Shown piece by piece: positions 58,089 through 64,000 of a stretch of DNA of 64,000 bases; position 1 is the stretch's first letter; each line of letters starts with the position of its first letter. Made by a program: the position numbers and the translations under genes. The stretch comes from Promethearchaeota archaeon (lineage in GTDB: Archaea > Asgardarchaeota > Lokiarchaeia > Sigyniarchaeales > SOKP01), in contig JBHLPW010000004.1 of the NCBI GenBank assembly GCA_048939015.1, forward strand, positions 32,001-96,000, given 5' to 3'. Under the pieces are notes generated by a model that saw nothing but the letters and a program-made list of their open reading frames with translations, was not told the DNA's origin and searched no databases.

Positions 58089-58277
58089 TTATTCTATTTG
58101 ATCTTCTTCTTGATCTAATTGATAATCCTCAGAATCAACTTCAATATAAAAACTACCAATATAACCACATTTAATATCTTTACACTCATATAAATTTGGA
58201 GCTATCCCTCCACTAACATTTGTCGCTGATTTTAACGTTGGTTTCTTGCATTTTGGACAAATTCTAATATTTACCAT
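58089..58277 (-). CDS. Small Zn-finger protein with acidic tail
   Basis: CPKC...YEC...CGY.G, 62 aa. Confidence 0.75.
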   Translation of the reverse strand: MVNIRICPKCKKPTLKSATNVSGGIAPNLYECKDIKCGYIGSFYIEVDSEDYQLDQEEDQIE

Positions 58278-58404
58278 ATCTATTATGCAACTTGCTTTAG
58301 TTAATATTAATACATTTTGATTTTCTAAAAAATTTACATGCTAAGTATAATTATTATTAATTAATTTTTGGGGATATAAAGTAATATTTGTTACAATATT
58401 ATAA

Positions 58405-59346
58405 ATGGGTGCTTTTATGGCAAATGCAGTTGTAACAAGGACTTTTGGTATTGATTTCATATATCTTGATTTAATTTTTTTGTTTATTTGGATTTACTTT
58501 TTAATAAAAAAAAAATATTGTTTATCTATTACTTGGGGGCTATGTGGTTGGTTAATCTACATATTTACTGATTATATTCTATGGTATTTAATTATTCACA
58601 CAAGAGAATATACAGGAGTTCTGAACCCATTCTTATTTTTCTTATGGTTTTGCTTTTCACCTGGATTTGTACAATTCTCATATGTTTTTACGATGTTCGA
58701 GAAAAGAAATAGTAAGGATTTGATAATGTTCACAATAATTTTTTATTTAGGTTGGATATTAGTGGGAGTTAGTTCTCAGATATTATCAATAGATAATAGA
58801 ATAATAGAAGTTTCAAGAGATATGAACATTGCAAATCAAAGGATTAATGAATTGGTGATGGTTATCGTTAATATAGTAATTGCTATGGTTTTATTCTTTA
58901 AAAAGAATTTAAGATTAGAAGATATCCTATATTTATTCATAGTTGGGACATTAGTTGAATTTTCACTTGAATTAAGCTTATCTGTCTCTGGAATTCGCCA
59001 AGCGCAAGGAGCTTGGAGTGTTGAATTAATGATTATAAATTCTCTACTTGAATTCAATTTAGGAATAATTTTAATGTATCTTGTTTGGGTGCCCTTCAAA
59101 ATAAAAAAATACAGGCATTATCATTTTCAAATGAGCTATAAAGATTTTAAGCATATTAAAACTAATTTTGATGCCATAGCTTCCATTTGTGAAGATAAAG
59201 TTCTAATAGAAAGAAATATGAAAGAAAATTCTAATTTATATAAACTAAAAGATTTCCTTTCCGATATTAAATATTATACGACGGTATACAATACTGAGTT
59301 TATCAGTCCAGAATTAGAAACCGAAATCAAAAATTACTGGAAATAA
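58405..59346 (+). CDS. Hypothetical multi-TM membrane protein
   Basis: About seven hydrophobic helices plus a soluble C-terminal domain. Confidence 0.75.
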   Translation: MGAFMANAVVTRTFGIDFIYLDLIFLFIWIYFLIKKKYCLSITWGLCGWLIYIFTDYILWYLIIHTREYTGVLNPFLFFLWFCFSPGFVQFSYVFTMFEKRNSKDLIMFTIIFYLGWILVGVSSQILSIDNRIIEVSRDMNIANQRINELVMVIVNIVIAMVLFFKKNLRLEDILYLFIVGTLVEFSLELSLSVSGIRQAQGAWSVELMIINSLLEFNLGIILMYLVWVPFKIKKYRHYHFQMSYKDFKHIKTNFDAIASICEDKVLIERNMKENSNLYKLKDFLSDIKYYTTVYNTEFISPELETEIKNYWK

Positions 59347-59468
59347 AGGCTTTTTTTATAATAAGAATATTACTATAACAATAAAATATTAATCTCTTCA
59401 ACTATAAATGTATTATAGGATTTAATCATCAATTAACTTATAAAAAGCTTTAATAACTCCTATTAGAT

Positions 59469-61292
59469 ATGTCCAATTTAGAATTACAAAGAAAAAGCTT
59501 ACCAAACGAACCTGGTGTTTATCTATTTCTTGATAAAAAGGGATCTGTAATATATATAGGAAAAGCTTTGAATCTTAGGAAAAGAGTTAATCAATACTTC
59601 ACAAAAACACATTCTATCGATCCATATTATGAAGAAAAAATAATAGAATTAGTAAAAAATATTGAAGCGATTGAATATTTTGTAACTGAAAATGAAAAAG
59701 AGGCTTTAATATTAGAGAATATTCAGATTAAAAAACATCTTCCTCGCTTCAATGTAATTATGAGGGATTCTAAATCTTATCCTTGGGTGGCAATTTTTTA
59801 CTCTGAGGACTTTCCAAGAATCCGTGTACTCAGAAATCCTGAAAAGTATTCACAAGATAACTTATTTTTAGGACCTTATACCGATAAGAAAGAAATAATT
59901 AGAATATTAAGAGACCTAAGAAAGATATTCCCATATTGTTCATGTAAAAAACCAGTTACACAAAAGAAGAGACCGTGCTTGTATTACCAATTGAAACTCT
60001 GTCCGGGTCCATGCGTCAGTGATATTACAAAAGAAGAATATCGAGAAAATATTAAAGAAATCGAGTTGTTCTTAAGAGGAGAGACCGATCAGTTAAAAAA
60101 CCAGATTAAAGAAAAAATGATACGTGCTTCAAATAATCAAAACTTTGAGCTAGCAGTTTTTTGGAGAGATAAATTAGAAGATATAGACCATGCTACTGAC
60201 CGACAGCATGTTTTAATGGCATATGAAGAAAATAAGGATATCATTGGCTTCTTCAATAATGAAAATTATATGGCCATGGTTATCATACATATCAGAGAAA
60301 GTAAGATAATTAACAAGAGTTCATTTAGTTTTGATTTACGAGAGAAACTTGTTCAAAAAAGTGAAATGTTAAATTCAATTTTAGAACAATACTATCAGGA
60401 TTTTAAATCGCAATTACCAGAAAATATAATCATTCCAGAAATGAATGAGAGATTTAGATTGCTTTCCATTTTTCTGAAAGATATAAAAGAGGATATAGTA
60501 ATTCGAGTTCCATGTAGTGAAAATGAAGCTAGCCTAATGCGAATAGCGAATAAAAACGCTAAAGTTATGGTTGAACAAGAAGTGCAAATGGAAGAAATTA
60601 AGATGAATGAAGCGGAATTCAGAGAAAAAATACTAGAAGAAATAAAAGAAAAACTATGTTTAAGAAAATTACCAAGGATTATTGAAGGATTTGATATCTC
60701 TAATATCGAAGGAACGGATGCAACAGGCTCTATGGTATATTTTCTTGATGCAAAACCTTATACTAAATACTATAGACACTTCAAAATTCGATCTAAATCT
60801 ACACCAGATGATGTAGCTATGATGAAGGAAGTTATAAAAAGACGTTATAGCATGCTTTTAGAGAGGAACTTAGAATTACCTGATTTAATTTTAGTTGATG
60901 GAGGAAAAGGACAACTAAATGCAGGTTTATCAGTTTTAGAAGAATTAAACCTTAATATACCTATTATAGGGTTAGCTAAAAAATATGAAGAAATATATCT
61001 ACCTTCTAAAAAAGACCCAATTGTATTACCTAAAAGTTCCGCTTCATTAAAGCTTTTCCAAAGAGTGCGCGATGAAGCACATCGGTTCGCTGTTAGACTT
61101 CAGAAGAAACAGAGAAAAAAACGAATTACAGGATCAATTTTGGATGATATCGAAGGAGTTGGCATTATTACGAGAAATAAATTGTTAAATCATTTCGGGA
61201 GTGTGGATTATCTTAAAAAAGCTACTTTTGAGGAATTATCAGAAATAGTTGGAAAAAAATTAGCTGAAAGAATTTTGAAGGAGCTTAGATAA
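59469..61292 (+). CDS. uvrC: Excinuclease ABC subunit C
   Basis: PGVY..YIGKA.NLRKRV GIY-YIG, IEGFDISN, DGGKGQ, RDEAHRFA and C-terminal HhH. Confidence 0.97.
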   Translation: MSNLELQRKSLPNEPGVYLFLDKKGSVIYIGKALNLRKRVNQYFTKTHSIDPYYEEKIIELVKNIEAIEYFVTENEKEALILENIQIKKHLPRFNVIMRDSKSYPWVAIFYSEDFPRIRVLRNPEKYSQDNLFLGPYTDKKEIIRILRDLRKIFPYCSCKKPVTQKKRPCLYYQLKLCPGPCVSDITKEEYRENIKEIELFLRGETDQLKNQIKEKMIRASNNQNFELAVFWRDKLEDIDHATDRQHVLMAYEENKDIIGFFNNENYMAMVIIHIRESKIINKSSFSFDLREKLVQKSEMLNSILEQYYQDFKSQLPENIIIPEMNERFRLLSIFLKDIKEDIVIRVPCSENEASLMRIANKNAKVMVEQEVQMEEIKMNEAEFREKILEEIKEKLCLRKLPRIIEGFDISNIEGTDATGSMVYFLDAKPYTKYYRHFKIRSKSTPDDVAMMKEVIKRRYSMLLERNLELPDLILVDGGKGQLNAGLSVLEELNLNIPIIGLAKKYEEIYLPSKKDPIVLPKSSASLKLFQRVRDEAHRFAVRLQKKQRKKRITGSILDDIEGVGIITRNKLLNHFGSVDYLKKATFEELSEIVGKKLAERILKELR

Positions 61293-61324
61293 TTTCAATT
61301 TAAACTATAAAAAAAAAATGTTAA

Positions 61325-62581
61325 TTATAAATTTTCACTCTTGATCCTTGAAAGCAGTGCAAAGACAATTATCAATGTTCCTAACATTATAAATGTTGCA
61401 TTTAAATTCCACATAACTAAATATCCTACAAATGGATAGAGTATAGCTCTTATTAGACTTGCTATCATATTAATTGTACTAAGTACTGTTGCTCTATTCT
61501 CAGTTTCTATTTGTTTGTTTATTCCCTTAACAAAAATCAAACTCCTTGAAAATCCGAATCCAATTACAATGAGAATTAAAGGAATGCTAATAGGAATGAA
61601 ATGTATCATTGCCATTGAAATGAAAGCAATACCTGGAATTATTGTATATATTTGAAGAAATCTTCTCTTGTTATTGATTTTGTATTCTAGAGTTGGAATT
61701 ATATTGTTAAAAACGATTTGCATAGCTGTCATTGATGTACTTACGAATCCAAAGAAAATTAATTGAAAATTTAATGCTTCAAGGTAAACCTGATAAGTCC
61801 ATATTAAGAAGAATACTAGTGATTCTGTTATCACCATCTCAACAGCTAAAATCCTTAGAATCTTATTTTTCGTTAATTGATTAACTCCAGATTTCACTAT
61901 AGTTATATAATTATCTTTTTCGCTTTTTTCTACGTCATGATTAGGTTCTATTAACGTTAATGATATCAATGTTGCAATGAAAAACGGTATGAATATAAGA
62001 CTCATCACCAGATTTAATGAAAACAACGCACCAATCAGAGATCCTATTGGTGCAGATATTGCGATACCAAGTAAACTGAAACTTCTATTCCTAGCTGAAA
62101 ATTTTGAAACTTCATTTTCTCTTCCTAGTTTTCTCAATGTATCATATATAAAAGCTGCATTTGTACCTGATGTTAATGCTGCTCCAAAAGCCCATAATGT
62201 CTCACCAATTGCAAAGATGACTATACTTGGATAACTTCCATAGATTAATCCAGCAAATGCAGTTACTATCGCACCTAATATTAATGAAAACTTTCTACTT
62301 ATGTAATCTGCTATGGCTCCGCATGGAATTTCGAATACCAATATCATAACAGTAAAATAACTTTGTAGAAACATTATACCTACAAATGTTAACTTTCCCC
62401 ACGTTAAGAAAAATGGTACTAAAATTCCTGAAATTAAATGAAAACCTTCTATAAAGTTAATTAAATATGATTTCCAAATATTAGCTTTCCACTTATTTAC
62501 ACTAATATTTTTTTCGTTACTTTCTAACTCTAAAGAAGATTCTACTAATTCCTCTTGAGTAAATTCCTTTAATTCTGACAT
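61325..62581 (-). CDS. MFS transporter
   Basis: FEIPCGAIADYISRK motif A, SGT..A.IYD, about 12 TM helices. Confidence 0.92.
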   Translation of the reverse strand: MSELKEFTQEELVESSLELESNEKNISVNKWKANIWKSYLINFIEGFHLISGILVPFFLTWGKLTFVGIMFLQSYFTVMILVFEIPCGAIADYISRKFSLILGAIVTAFAGLIYGSYPSIVIFAIGETLWAFGAALTSGTNAAFIYDTLRKLGRENEVSKFSARNRSFSLLGIAISAPIGSLIGALFSLNLVMSLIFIPFFIATLISLTLIEPNHDVEKSEKDNYITIVKSGVNQLTKNKILRILAVEMVITESLVFFLIWTYQVYLEALNFQLIFFGFVSTSMTAMQIVFNNIIPTLEYKINNKRRFLQIYTIIPGIAFISMAMIHFIPISIPLILIVIGFGFSRSLIFVKGINKQIETENRATVLSTINMIASLIRAILYPFVGYLVMWNLNATFIMLGTLIIVFALLSRIKSENL

Positions 62582-63065
62582 ATTTTACACCTTTTATTAG
62601 AATTTTTTAAATTCTTCACATTTTCACATTAAAAACATATTTGATATTTCGATTGAATTGTTGATTTAGATCGATTGTGATTATTTAATCCTGAATTCTT
62701 AGAATCGTATGAATCTGATACTGATAATAAAGAAGAACAGTATCAAACGAATAAGTAAAAGAGATGTATCAGCGTATTGTTGAGTTTAATGTTTTTATAA
62801 GGACAATGCTGTAGGGAAATATTTTACAATCCCTAAAAACATCATAACCATGGCAATTTTAGTACAGGACGGATCATGAACTACCATATCTCCTCGGTGA
62901 GTTCCAATCCATTTATTTTCTTTAATTACCATGATACAATCAACAAATATGTTTAATAAAATTATATGATAATCAAACTTATAAATTTAATGGTCAAATT
63001 TAGCATATATTGAAATTTTTAAGAAAGAATGGGAAAATAATGGGTATTGTAAGAAAAATATTAGA

Positions 63066-64000
63066 CTAAGAAATGAGTAGTTTTACAAGTTCAGCTGTTG
63101 CCTCACAATATACTCTTGCTAAGGATTCTCTTTTTGCTTCACTTATTACTCTAATTACTGATTCGGTATTTGAGGGATGAATTAGTACGAACCAATCTTT
63201 CCCCTTACCATATTTAAGGTCATTGTTTACTTGCTCCACTATTTCTCCTTCCTTTATAAGTTCTGCTTTTACTTTTTTAATAAGCGTTGAAATGTCAATA
63301 TTTTTAATATTAATTTTTATTCTATGTGAATAATACTTAGGTAATTCAGAAACAAGTTCTGAAATGTTTTTTCCTGTCTTTACAAGAATCTCGATTATCT
63401 TTGCTGCTGCGAAAATCCCATCTCTAGTGTTATTGAAATATGGAAACATAAAACCTCCACATGATCCTTCCCCACCAAAAACTAATCGATTTTCTGAAGA
63501 ATTTGATATTAGGTTTGCCATTTCTTCCGTTAAAAATCGTTCTCCTATTGGTGTCCTTATTATTTTAGCATTATATTTTTCTGCTAAAGCGTCAAACCTT
63601 AATGAAGAAGCGAGATTTGTTACGAAGAATAATTGTTTATCAATATCCTTGTAATTTTCTAGATAATATTTGGTAATTACTGCTAAACCGATGTCTTCAG
63701 GATAACAAATACCAGTTTCTCCAATAATTGCTAGTCTGTCAGCATCAGAATCATGAGCGAATCCAATATCAAATTTACCTTGCCACACTTCCATTATTAA
63801 GTCTTTAAGATTTTCCTTAATTGGCTCAATTTCTCTCGGGAAATCTTTGTTTGCAAGTAAATCATCATTAATTAATTTTGTATGGCATCCTAATTCAGTT
63901 AATACTTTTTGCGTAACAAATTTTCCCGCACCTGCTCCAGAATCGATAACTACTCTAAGATTATTTTTAGGTTTAATCTCTGAATGATCGATATAATGTA
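63066..64000 (-). CDS. Phosphohexomutase (PMM/PGM/GlmM family); 5' end outside the window
   Basis: Frame is open from the window end (..LRVVIDSGAGAG..FPREIEP..); DSDADR, GGEGS, RDG and SNTE..IRV..EA motifs. Confidence 0.92.
   Translation of the reverse strand, partial: HYIDHSEIKPKNNLRVVIDSGAGAGKFVTQKVLTELGCHTKLINDDLLANKDFPREIEPIKENLKDLIMEVWQGKFDIGFAHDSDADRLAIIGETGICYPEDIGLAVITKYYLENYKDIDKQLFFVTNLASSLRFDALAEKYNAKIIRTPIGERFLTEEMANLISNSSENRLVFGGEGSCGGFMFPYFNNTRDGIFAAAKIIEILVKTGKNISELVSELPKYYSHRIKINIKNIDISTLIKKVKAELIKEGEIVEQVNNDLKYGKGKDWFVLIHPSNTESVIRVISEAKRESLARVYCEATAELVKLLIS

Noticed and set aside
1-64000. CRISPR arrays, tRNAs, transposases, prophage or defence islands
   Set aside because: None were recognised by eye; short or degenerate elements could have been missed.

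Overview
AT-rich archaeal chromosomal window, most likely from an Asgard archaeon of the Lokiarchaeia. This assignment is inferred from four Rab/Ras-like small GTPases, a longin-roadblock fusion, a ribosomal eL22-like protein, CdhD, form III RuBisCO, aIF2-gamma, aIF1A, Spt5 and TFS. Most of the window is housekeeping and metabolic genes; I saw no transposase, integrase, CRISPR array or tRNA. Three observations stand out. (1) A 5S rRNA gene at 43781-43916 (minus strand) appears circularly permuted: its 3' two-thirds precede its 5' third, helix I is closed by a 4-nt loop, the new ends sit in loop C, and it has a flanking 11-bp inverted repeat and a BRE/TATA promoter. (2) A Rab-like GTPase at 27555-28223 has motif order G3-G4-G5-G1-G2, a permutation opened at the beta2-beta3 hairpin and different from the known G4-G5-G1-G2-G3 cpGTPases. 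(3) Three genes have family-typical N-termini that can only be made from non-canonical AUC/AUA/AUU starts. Also noted: an HhH-aIF2-gamma fusion, a Rab-PIN-Rab cluster and an apparent gene-conversion tract between acyl-CoA dehydrogenase paralogs. All calls come from reading motifs by eye; no database search was run, so novelty is unverified.
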